Below are positions 26,262-37,404 of a DNA stretch of 64,000 nucleotides, piece after piece (the stretch's first letter is position 1; each line of letters begins with the position of its first letter). The notes under the pieces were generated by a model. That model was not told the origin of the DNA, ran no database searches, and was given only the letters and a program-made list of their open reading frames with translations. Position numbers and translations under genes: made by a program. The stretch is from assembly GCA_964234715.1 (NCBI GenBank), contig OZ174285.1; one strand, written 5' to 3'. Source of the stretch: Podarcis melisellensis (lineage: Eukaryota).

Positions 26262-26965
26262 AGAGGTTTTCAACCTTTTTGAGTCCACAGCTCCCTTGAC
26301 CAGCTACATTCTTTCTGTGTGAGCTCAGGAGCCCAGTTATGTCACCCCTTGCCAGCAGAGCTGGGAGTCTCTCACTCCTTTTCAAACTCCTTTTCCCTCA
26401 GCCTCCTCTCCTCTCTCTTCTCCTTCAAAGTCCTCTGAGCAGTTGCAGCTGCCCCCTCTGGTCTCTGAGCAGCCACCCCCACCCACCCCCCCGCCCGCAC
26501 AGGGGTAGGTTGGGAGGACAAAAAGAGATCTATCTAGATTCCCAGTTCCATAAATTCCCTACTCCCCTCTTGGCTGCCATTAAGTGTCAATTATGGTTTC
26601 CATAAACCAGTCTTTGTAACACCCTCTCCCTTGGCAAACTGGCAATCAAAGAGATCTAGTACCATTGTCTCCCACTCTTTCCTATATCTTTCACTTAATG
26701 GGTGGTCACTGGTGGAGGAAGAGGAGTGCGGGGGGAGCGCACCACCCCCAGCAGTGCAATCCCGGTGAGGTGCCATCGCGGCTGTTTCCCCCCACCTGCG
26801 CTGGGCACCACGCCCCCACAGGCAGCGTGCCACACCCCCAGGACACGCACCATGCCCCCAGGAGGCACATCACGCCTCTTCGGGCAACGCGCCATGCCCC
26901 CAGGAGGCATGCCAGCCCCGTCCCCGCCTGCTCTCCGCCCCCCCGGTGCCGGAGCATGAAGCTCT
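26262..26965. mobile_element. hAT-type non-autonomous element, right end missing, with GC-rich internal repeats of about 20 bp
   Basis: Left TIR-like CAGAGGTTTTCAACCTTTTT; repeated CCATGCCCCCAGGAGGCA-like units at about 26805-26915. Confidence 0.55.
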
Positions 26966-27148
26966 GCCACTGTGGGTGGTATAGGTATTACAGTAAGTAA
27001 TCCATTTGGTTTTATGATATGTTAGAAGCCCTATTTTCCCTTGCACCCCTTCCAAATCTAAAATGGATTTATTGATACATCATACTCTGTAGAATATAGG
27101 GGCAGTATGAGCCTCTTAGCTAAATTCAGTTAGGTATAACGTCTCATG

Positions 27149-27530
27149 GGGGACGCAGGTGGCTCTGTGATCTAAACCACTGAACCTCTTGGGCTTGCCG
27201 ATCAGAAGGTCGGTGGTTTGAATCCCAGCGACGGGGTGAGCTCCCGTTGCTCGGTCCCAGCTCCTACCAACCTAGCAGTTCGAAAGCATGCCAGAAAGTT
27301 CAAGTAGATAAATAGGTACTGCTCCAGTGGGAAGGTAAACGGCGTTTCCATGCGCTGCTCTGGTTTCGGTGTTCTGTTGCGCCAGAAGCGGCTTAGTCAT
27401 CCTGGCCACATGACCTGGAAAAATTGTCTGCAGACAAATGCTGGCTCCCTCAGCCTGTAAAGCGAGATGAGCGCCACAACCCCAAAGTCGTATGCAACTG
27501 GACTTAACTGTCAGGGGTCCTTTACCTTTT
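27149..27530 (+). mobile_element. Sauria SINE, longer subfamily
   Basis: GGGGACGCAGGTGGCTCTGTG head, GGTTTGAATCCC B box, CCTTTACCTTTT tail; imperfect TSD TATAACGTCTCATG / TATAATGTCCCATG. Confidence 0.9.
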
Positions 27531-28339
27531 TATAATGTCCCATGTAGTCATGGGTTAACTAGACAATTGTAGACAAAAAGGGGGCACTCATCATTCTGTT
27601 ACAATATGTAACAAAATCATAGTGTTACTATGAGCCTGACAGGCACCATACCTTTGACTGGCTTTGAAGGCCTCTCTCTTTTCATTGGCCCTTAGAGGAC
27701 AATTTATATTGAGCTAATGTATACTTGTGTGACATGACCCACGACCTGCAGACCTTGCAATGTGTGATGGAGGAATTGGATGAGGATCAGGCTACTTCCC
27801 TGGATAAGAACTATAGGTTCCTTCTTTGAGGCCCTTCCAGTTGGACGGTACCACGCTGCCACCATGGTGAAGCAGAACCATTGTGTCCCAGCCGCACAAC
27901 AGCCAAAGATGGCAAGATAAGGTGAGGGTAGCCCCTTCAGGGAGGCAGAGCCTCCAGGTCTGATCAACATTTTTTGCCACTTAAGAGAACATTTAACCAG
28001 TTGCCTCCACCAGCAGTTTCAGGTCCTGTTCTTAACTGTTCTGCCTGTTTGCCATCCACTTCCAAATTACAGGTATCCAAACTACAGGCAGCTGGCTAGC
28101 TGGGGTAAATTATGACAGTGTAATTTACCTGTTTTCCAAGCTTTGTTCTTGAGCAGGTAAGGACTAACTCTGTGCAGCCCCAGCTGAGCCCTGGCTCAGT
28201 TTGGAGAGGCCAAGCTCTACCAAATCCAAACTCTGAGGTGCTGCTGGATCTAAGGTTTAGATTGTGCTGCATGCCAACTTTCCCCCCTCCCCAAATAAAC
28301 AAAAGAAAATATTAACCTCCCCAACCTCTATAATTCCAT

Positions 28340-29095
28340 TGTAGGAAAAATACGGTAACCCACAGATCATTTCAGTTGCTCTCCTCTGTACCTTTCTGCA
28401 GCTCTGTGATATCCTTTCAGAGATTGGGTGACCTGAATTGTACACAGTTTTCTAATTGTGGCAGTACCAAACAGTTATCTAATGACACCCACATCTGCTA
28501 TTCTGTTGCCTGTAAAGCCCAAATTGAACAGATCCTTTGGAGCTCTTCATAGTCTGTTCAGGATTTAATCATCCTGAATAATTTGGTCTTGTCTGCAAAC
28601 ATATCTACTTCACTGTTCTACATCTACACCCCTGCCTTAAAATCATTTAGGAATGCAAAACAGCACCAGTCTCAACACATGACTTGAGGGATCCCACTGC
28701 TTACTTCCTTCCATTGTAAAAACTTCCCATTTGTTCCTTCCTCACATTACCTTGTTTTTAAAACCTGTTACATATCCGGCCATAAGAGGAACATTCTCTT
28801 ACTTCATCACTGCTAAGTTTTCATAGAATCCTTCTGTGAAGTACTTTGTCAAAAACCTTTTGAAAATCCAAATATATTACGCCTGTCAGTTCATTTCTAT
28901 CTAGTTGTCTATTGACACTCTCAAATAATTATAAACGATTCAAAATTCAAAAGCCCCAGACCCCTTTGAAGGCATTCTATGGGTTCTAACTCAGAAAGGC
29001 AGCATCATGGTTGCTTGTTTGCTTTTAACAGTTCTAGCCTTTTCTCCTGTTTTATCTGAGGCAGAACTTAGGCTGACAGGACTATAATTCCCTGT
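28340..29095 (-). mobile_element. CR1 LINE ORF2 (RT) remnant with deletions
   Basis: Minus strand shows GNYSPVSL-like (about 29090), SGIPQ-like (about 28695) and KVQRRATEMI (about 28390) motifs of CR1 reverse transcriptase. Confidence 0.75.
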
Positions 29096-30160
29096 CCTCT
29101 ATTCTTCTTTATGTATAGACTCCTAATCCTAATTCCTTCTTTGTAATTTGTGAAAATTATGGTTCTGCTGACACACACACCCTGCTAGTGAATTTTAAAA
29201 ACTTATATTTTTTTGACATTGTATCATCATCATTGACATCACTATATCCCCATATCACACATCCATACTGGCTATGTTGTAAAATATATCACAGTGATGA
29301 ATAAACTCAGAAACATAGCACAGACTTCCCTATCCTTTTCCTAACTTGATTTCCTAACCTTACATAGGAATGAGCTGATTTTAGTCTTGTGTGGCCTACT
29401 CTTTTTGATGCAATCCCTATGGCCCACTGCTGCATTTTAAATTTACAAAGCAAGAGTGCAAAGTCAGAATCTCTTAACAGTTAAAGCATAACTAATCTGT
29501 GGTATGCAATCCTTTTGTATGAACTCTTACCTAAGAACACAGGAGCCACCTTGTAGAATACGACCCAGATTCTTCTGTTCCAGCATACTTTGCCAGAATC
29601 TCAGCTACCAGGAATTTTGAGGAAGTCCACTGGAGAAACTGACCTGAAACTGGCCAGTGTGGTCTACCCTTCTTCCCACCACTGCTTAAAACACATACGA
29701 ACCACTTTCTTTACATTGTAAAAGTTGTGATATGGATCCAGAAAATGCTGTGCCTTGAATGTTGGTTCTGTGATGACTTGGAAACACCCTTGATTTTTGC
29801 TGTTGGCAGCAGGGACAGTTATGAGGTGTGTTTGTATAATGAACTTCAAAAGTCTGCATGCAATTACTATTAGAATCTGTGTACTGGATTTGGGATTTTA
29901 CAGCAACATGTCACTAGGGAATGTTGTGGATTCTGGAGATGCACCCAGCAGTGGATATGGAATGCAATGGAGCTCTCCTATTAACACAAGTGGGTTTAGG
30001 AGGATCTGTAACACCATGCCAGAGCTCCCTTGGATCCATATTTTTTAGGATGCAATACTCCTCCTGAGATGGAGACTGGCTTTGTGTCATTTGATTATTA
30101 TTATTTAATTGCCAGTTCCATGGGGGATGTAACACTTGGAATTATTGTGGTGGTGGTAGT

Positions 30161-30444
30161 CAAGGTCAGGGCATTTTCCTGCTTGAGGTGAGGGACAAGT
30201 CGTAAGGGGAATTGCAGGCGGGGTGGGTGCAAAAGCCAACCAGACCTCCAGTTGATTTTTCAACATTGGTGAAGGGTTAGCACCCTCCAACTCACCTGAG
30301 GCCAGCAGGCCAGATAAGGGGGGTGACTTTGTGATACACACACCTCTGACTTTCAATACTTCACTTCTGCTCCCCTGCCCTCACCGGCTATATTTGCTGC
30401 CTGAGGTAGGCACCTCACTTTGCCTAAGGGCAGGGCCAACCCTG
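30161..30444. mobile_element. Non-autonomous DNA transposon remnant
   Basis: Right end GCTGCCTGAGG..CCTCACTTTGCCTAA..GGGCCAACCCTG is related to the right end of 1660-2163. Confidence 0.45.
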
Positions 30445-30811
30445 GATATTTGTGTTTGTTTGTGTGAGAGACAGACAGACACAGAGAAAGAAGCAGAGCA
30501 CACCAACCAACCAAAAGAGTTTATTTATTAACCGAAGGCCGTAACAATGAGAGACCATTCACCTATTGACTTGACTATTGTGGCAACATGATGATGTTTG
30601 CAAGCTGCTGGTTGTGTGTAAGTTGGTTTTGCAGGGACTCTCGTGACTGGGTTGGGGGGAGCGGGCAACCTCTGCTGCAAACGAGGGCTGGGTGTTTGTA
30701 CTGCTGGGTTTGGCGGGCGGGAACCCGAGGGGGCCCTGCGTGCCTCTGGCTCTGGGTGAGGAAGTGGCGGCGGCGGCGGGTCCTCTTCGTTGCCACACGT
30801 GGGCTGTTGAC

Positions 30812-30851
30812 ATGAGGAGGTTGAGACTAGTGGAGCAGCTGCGAGAAGCGG
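30812..30851 (+). CDS. Candidate alternative upstream coding exon of SSBP2 (MRRLRLVEQLREA + G)
   Basis: ATG at 30812 (GACATGA), donor CGG|GTAACG at 30852, acceptor CTCTCTGCAG|GC-ATG at 31379; the join is in frame. No transcript evidence available. Confidence 0.4.
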
Positions 30852-31235
30852 GTAACGTTTCTGCTCTGAGCAAAACAGCGAGGGGGTGCGGGGGGGGTGC
30901 GAAGCCGTCGAAGCGAATATCCCGCCAGTTCAGCGGGTTTCAGGACGGCGCGGCGTGGGCTGAAGAAAGCCTGAGCCTCCCTCCTCTGCATTGTGCCGGC
31001 TGCCGAATCCAGTCCGCAGTTTCCGTCTCTCCTCAGCAGTCTCCGTCTCTGGCAGCGGCGGAGGGCGGCGAGGCAAGCGCACGGAACAGCCAGTTGTTTA
31101 AAATCCTTCTAGAACCGTTTCTAATTCCCCCTTGCGCCGGGGAAGGGAGAGCGGGAGGGGGAGGAGGAGCCGGAGGCTGGTGGGGGGAGGGAGCCAGCGG
31201 AGAGGGAGGAGAGAGCAGCCTGTCCTGGTCTCCGC

Positions 31236-31283
31236 CTGTCAATCACGGCGCGGGAGGTGTGTCCGAGCTCGCGGCGGGCCAAT
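31236..31283. promoter_or_regulatory. PBX-PREP/MEIS decamer (TGATTGACAG on - strand) next to an NF-Y CCAAT box
   Basis: CTGTCAATCA at 31236-31245 is an exact reverse complement of TGATTGACAG; GGCCAATGG with CCAAT at 31279. Confidence 0.6.
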
Positions 31284-31381
31284 GGCGTGTGTGTGTGGCG
31301 GCGTCTCCATGGTGACTGGGCTGTTCCTGGGGAGGCTGTGATGGGTTGACAGGTGCGTGACAGTCGGAGCTCTCTGCAGGC

Positions 31382-31440
31382 ATGTACGGCAAAGGCAAGA
31401 GCAACAGCAGCGTCCCGTCCGACAGCCAGGCCAGGGAGAA
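31382..31440 (+). CDS. SSBP2: SSBP2 first coding exon ([19 protein letters not shown] + AA, phase-2 intron); rest of gene lies beyond the window
   Basis: ATG at 31382 translates to [19 protein letters not shown](K), matching the vertebrate SSBP2 N-terminus as I recall it (human [21 protein letters not shown]). Canonical donor AA|GTGAGT at 31441; lies in a CpG island. Confidence 0.95.
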
Positions 31441-34400
31441 GTGAGTACAGCCCGCCGGACCGCACAGCCCGACGGGGCGGGGGAGGTGGGCGCGCGGACG
31501 CCCCGCGCAAAGTAACTTTCCCGCTTGTGGCAGAGGGGGGGCCTCGCAGGAGCTCGCGGAGGAGCACAACCCCGGCGCGGGGAAAAAAAACAGGAGGCGC
31601 GGGAGGGCGGGGGGGGGGTGTGATGCCACAAGTAGGGGTGTAGGCAGGAGGGTGAGTGTGCGTTTGTGTGTGTGTGTGTGTGCGCGGCGGCTGCGCGCGC
31701 GCGCGGCCGCGTGTGTGGTAAAAAAGTGAAGTGCGCGAGACCCTCCCGGTTCAGGCAGCGGCAGGGGGTAGCGGAGCCTCTTGCGAGGGGGGTGGGGCCG
31801 GGGCGCGGGGCGCTTCCCCTCAGCTGGGGCCGCCGGGGAGCGGGCAGGACGAGGCGAGGCGGGACGTGCCCGAGCCCCTCGCCCGCCCCGGACGCGGGAG
31901 GACTGGCGGGCGGGCGGCGGAAGGTTGTAGCTCTCGGGCTGTGCGAGGGGAGAAAGTGGCTCAAGTCGGCGGTGTAGTGCCTCAAGCCTCGGGAGGCTTA
32001 GGGTAGGGATTAGTATTTAGGCTGGGGAGCGTTTCCCCGTGTTTGTGTTTTCCTTTCCCCTCGCTCTGCCCGGGTCGGGCTGTGGGGGGGGGGGGAGGGG
32101 ACGAAGATGGTGTTGGAGTAACTTTGATAACAAAAGAGTCTGGGGTTGTGTGCTGGTGTAAAGCTTCCGCTGGGGAGGAAGAAACAGAAGCCTCGTTGCC
32201 TTGCCTGCTAACTCCACAACACTCAACGCTCTCCCCTCTCTTTATTATTGTTATTATTTAAATCGAGACCTAGTATCTTTCTTCCCCGCTCTTCCCCTCA
32301 TTATTTCATACAGCCAGGAACTGTTTCAGTTGGTGCATTCTGGCCTAGGTTTGGGGGTAAAAGGGTACTATATGCTTTTAAATAAGAAAACGACTGCAAT
32401 AGTTTGCAGGGTTTTTGTTTTTTAAAAAAAGAAAAACGTGTTTAGAAAGGGCTGGGGTAGGAAGTGTTCTGAGGCAGAAAGGTGAATTTGGGTTGTTTGT
32501 CAGTAAAACTGAACATTCTGTAATGAGGAGGAGAAAAACTTGGACCTGGGTTTCCAGAAGAATTGGGACATAGCCCTTGTTGGGGAGTGGTGCTGAGGGC
32601 AATAGTAAATGGGTGTTGCTGTGTTTTAAGTCTGTTACAGTGTTAATGAAGGAAAGACACCCCCCACCCCACCCCCTTACAGGAGAGTTATTACTTTTTT
32701 GCAGTACCTTGAGTCACCTGTTATGAAGACACCAAAACTTAAAAAAGTACACAAAGTCTTGTTGTAAACAGTGTTCACCTGATCTGCAAAATTGTAAACA
32801 ATGCTACACACATTTTTGTGTTCTCTTGTAGTAAGATATCTCATTCTCTTCATCTTGTTGGGTGTTTATTTTTACCAAAGAATTGGCCAAAGAGAGTACA
32901 TTGAAAAGTAGTCTTAACAAATTCAAAGTAAAACAGAATTTATAGGGGTTATTATGTCAGTTTGCTTGTGATTTAAAGTTTTCATTTTCCTCATTGGAAG
33001 TTAGTTATAATTACAGTTTTCATTTTCCTCATTGGAAGTAGTAGAGCACAGAGGGGAGCTGGTCATGAAGCTTGGTCCTGTGGCAGATAGGAAAATATAG
33101 TACCTAATACGGCAAATAGTATCATTCTCAGGAGTACTCCTCCTGTACAGAGGCTTAGTCATTGCACTCGTCACCTTCACAGGCTTAGGGTGAGGTTTCT
33201 GAGATCAGGGACCCCCAGCCAGAAAAGGTTTTGGTATACATTGTCTTTAAAAAATGTCATTGTACATAACTTTGGAGCTTTACTCAGGATGAGAACTAAT
33301 GTGCTAAACATGACTGGGAAGTTTCCCTCAAGGCAGTTTGTGCTGAACCTTCACCTAGGTTTTCCTTGCTGCAACCTTTTGAAGAAGAGAGTTACTTCCT
33401 GATTCCAGAGACAAAGAAGCAGGCCACAGAGACTTAAATCATTTGTCAGATATTTGATTTTGGCATGTCTAAGTCTGTGTGGAGGAAGGGACACAAAAAC
33501 TAATAGTGTGACTAAAATGTTAAACAAATGGATGAGTTACATAAACTTAAACCAGAGAACCAGTTAAAACAAAGCATTTAGAAACTCTCTCACCCGTTTA
33601 TGTACATAATACAACAATGCATTTCTTGGCCAAAGTTACGTACAGTAGCTGGATTTTTTAGTTGTGATTATTGTATTTCTTCAAGTTTGTAAACTATATT
33701 GCCGAGTAGGTTGTGTGGGAACAAATGTAAAATAGGGCCCTGGTGTAGACCTTAGCTGTGTTGATGGTTCTTGGAAAGTTTGTATGCATCTGAGATGCTG
33801 TAATGTTTGATACTTTTTTCTACTCTTAACAAAGGCATGCTCTAAGGTAGGACACTACGTGAATAACTGTTTAGTTATAGAAGACAAACTAGCTACACTC
33901 AACTGTCACCAAGTAATAAGTACCCTTTGAAGTGAAGTTTAGGGAACTGCTAGATGGTGCTATTTGATCTAAATACATTTGTCGCTCCATTCATTACAGC
34001 TTGCAGCAAAGGATCTGTATTCCTCTTGTACAGTTTGCCTGGTCCTATGCAATATTTTAAACTAATAAATCTGAAAATACTTGAGTGTTATGTCCTCTTT
34101 GTTGGGTAAGGATCGTAGTCTAGAATTTGGCAGGGGGGATCGTTAGATGCTTGATTCTTTTGGATATTGCTGTATATGCAATTATATGTACTGTTCTTTT
34201 CTTTGATAAATCTATAAAGCAGTGTTGCTTTTTATTATAGTATTTTTCCACCACTGTACAATTTTAACCCTAGGGATATGGTTCTATTGAGAGCAGTGAT
34301 ATCAAAATAGAGGTGGGAGGGAAGAGAGAAACATCTTTCTGAGCTTTTTATACACTAATGGTGTTCTGAACCACAAGCATGATTGGAGGTTAAAAAATTG

Positions 34401-34881
34401 ACCTGAAACATTTAGTTTAGAAACAATTTCTTTTAAATAGTTACTGTATATGTTTTGCTGGAAGAGTATGATGTGGCTATATACTTTGAATGCATTTATC
34501 TTTCTGTATGAGTATTTGTAGGCTGTATGTAAACATTACACATGGCTTCAATCCAGGTTCCAATTTTGCATTCTTAATGTCAGTTGACCTAAATAGAATA
34601 TATATGCTTAAATGGATCCAGGATTACAGAAGGTGAAAGTCATATTCTATGTTGACTCTGAAATTTTGTTTAATGGGGCTTACGCCCAAGAAGCTGTGTT
34701 TAGGTTTGTATGAAGATTTGGGTGCTGGGAATCATGTTTCAAGATACTTGTAAACTGCAATTTATTTACTTCATCAGTTCAGGAAGAAAATTGATCGAAA
34801 ACCTCTCTTAAATAGTATTCAGAGCATTTATATTACAGTGCTGTTAATATACAATGTAAATACACAAGCGAAGTTCTACAG

Positions 34882-35002
34882 CAGGAGTGGGCAGTCTGTA
34901 ATCTTTCAGATGTTGCTGGACTACAGTTGCTGTCATCCCTCAGTTTCTGGGAGTTGGAGACCAATAATGTCTAGAGGGCCACACACAGGTTCCCCATGCC
35001 TG
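34882..35002. mobile_element. Short hAT-type MITE
   Basis: CAGGAGTGGG / CCCCATGCCTG termini; TSD TTCTACAG / TTGTACAG. Confidence 0.7.
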
Positions 35003-37043
35003 TTGTACAGTGTGAGCCTGTGGCACTATAAACCTGATGAAAGTGAAGGTTTATATGCCGGTCAACAAGACTGCGTATGTTTTGGTAGTCTTTAGATTGG
35101 AAACAATGGATTTGGCTTTCTGTCCAGTAATTCATTTTGGGAAATATTTGTTTTTCCTATGCTGACTTTGTTTCAGGAAGTAAGTGTATTGAAGACATCA
35201 GAATTTCTATGTTGGAAAATACTATTTTTCAGCTTTTACAAGTTTTTCTTGTGGTAGATAACTTTTTATTCTTTCTGGCTCTAGAGAAAAGTGATTGCAA
35301 GGGTGCCATATGAATGTTTTGGTTTGTTTTAAAGAGTCACTTATGCATATAATTTCATATCCTGTATGTAGTTCTACTATGACTATATAAGGAACATTCA
35401 TTTTGTGAAAAAGAAAATATATAGCTATGCTGAAGGAGAAAAGGTTCACTTTGATGACAAAAGCTACTATTGTAATAATGGCTGTGGACATTTTTCTAAA
35501 TTTAGTATTTCTCTTTCAACTGCTTTGATAGTAATTTTTAACGGGTGTGTCCCAAAAGATGGGTTAATTTTAATGAGGTGGTAGAATCGACAAGACATTG
35601 CTGAAATAAAATAAAATAAAATCTTCCATTTCTTCTAAAGTAATTTCAGAGGAGTGTGTCAGCAATTGCAAGCTGCCAAATTTGGTCCAATGTAAGAGGC
35701 CTTTGGAATAGGTTATATGACTGCTAGTCAAATGAATACTAGTCTTGTCAAGAAGAACACAAAGGCCAGCTTTGTATGTATATATCTCGTCTTAATAATC
35801 TAAGATATGGGCAAGCCTTGTGCCTGCTGTCCCTTTTCTCCTTCCTTCTTGGTGTGCTGTGATTAGCCCAGGAAGTCTTAGTTAGCTATCATTTCCCATA
35901 TGGATTCAATTGGGAATTATGGTTGCCAGGATTTGAATAAACCAGGATCATAAACTGTGGTTTGAATTTGATTTAAGATCTTGTCTTTTTTTTGATCCTG
36001 GTAAATATAGTTTACATAGATGCTATAGTTAATCAAAGATACTTGAGTCAATGGCAGCATGCTCAAGAAGAGAAGGGGTCGTGTGAGGATGGGATGGTCA
36101 GACAGAAGGCTCATGCATATCAAGACTTAATTAGCTGAAATATGTGTGTTTGAACCAGGTTTAATCCTCTGAAAACTGAATTCTCTAAAACTGTGATGTC
36201 CTGGCTTTGTTGTAATTTTGGTTTTAATGACATTTTTATTAATGTTTTTATGTAAACCATATTGAACTTTGACAATGGCACTATAAAGCTGAAATAAAGA
36301 ATAAATGGAGAGTCCAGCAACCTCTTCCCCCTGAACATCTATGTGACTTTGTCTTGTTTTGTGACAAAATGAAGTTGGATCATATAATGAGAGACCCAGT
36401 ACTTGTTTTGATAAGAGACCATCCTGGCATGCAAGTATGATGTCTGGAATTTGACCTGTTTTGGAGATGCCTGTTCTTCTGCTGTCTTGAAAGAAAATGC
36501 TTTTCTACTTCTTAAAATATAGCTTCTAGAAAAGGGTTGTCAGGAAAATGGGGGGGAGGTGGAATGACTTGAATATATTTCCTGCTTCTGTTGCTAAACA
36601 GTTACAGGTATTTAGCTAGGGCACAGTACAGAACACATGATGTGGTCCCTGCCCAGAGAACTTAGAATTTGCACTGTTGCTGTGAGTTAGGGCTTATTAT
36701 TTGCACGTAGTTTTGAGTTCCTGCTTCTTCTTTTAGAATGATTGTGGATTTTAAAAGATTGTGTGTAGTTTGGCTCTGAATGTTTTCCTCGGAGAATACA
36801 GTGAAGCTTAAAGTTTATGTGTGAGACAATACCAGCAGCTAGTGGTTTCAGAACTCGTGTCATACAGTCTGTTTCTAGTTAGCAGCCTAAGAGGCTCTCT
36901 TCTGAATTGACTTAAGTTTTGGGAACTCATATGTGTATAACATGGGTTGACTTCTATACCATCCATATGTGCTAGGTTCTAGTATATAGGTGTACTAGCT
37001 CTGACTATATTGTAGCAGACAGTTTCTCTTAGCCTTCTTATAG

Positions 37044-37404
37044 GTAAAAGTACAGGGACCCCTGACCGTTAGGTCCAGTCATGGACGACTCTGGGGTTGC
37101 GGTCCTCATCCCACTCTATAGGTCGAAGGAGCCGGCGTTTGTCCGCAGACAGCTTCTGGGTCATGTGGCCAGCATGACTAAGCTGCTTCTGGCGAACCAG
37201 AGCAGTGCATGGAAACACTGTTCACCTTCCCACCGGAGCGGTACCTATTTATCTACTTGCACTTTGACGTGCTTTCGAACTGCTAGGTGGGCAGGAGCTG
37301 GGAGCGAGCAACAGGAGCTCACCCCATTGCAGGGATTCGAACCGCTGAGCTTCCGATCGGCAAGCCTTAGGCTCTGTGGTTTAGACCACAGCGCCACCCA
37401 CGTC
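37044..37404 (-). mobile_element. Sauria SINE
   Basis: Homologous to the other copies; TSD TAGCCTTCTTATAG at 37030-37043 and 37408-37421. Confidence 0.92.

Larger units (their letters stand above)
30640..32230. promoter_or_regulatory. CpG island / SSBP2 promoter
   Basis: Abrupt rise in GC and CpG density. GC boxes, E-box CACGTG near 30796, ETS-like GGAAGT at 30760, CCAAT 31279-31283, X-box-like GTCTCCATGGTGAC 31303-31316. Confidence 0.9.

Noticed and set aside
1-30500. Exons of a neighbouring gene (ATG10 lies upstream in mammals)
   Set aside because: No recognisable coding exon or second CpG-island promoter seen; small exons could be missed by eye.
30559-32261. Many long overlapping ORFs (up to 248 aa) on both strands
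   Set aside because: Expected from stop-codon scarcity in a GC-rich CpG island; low-complexity Arg/Gly/Pro/Ala content and no recognisable domain.
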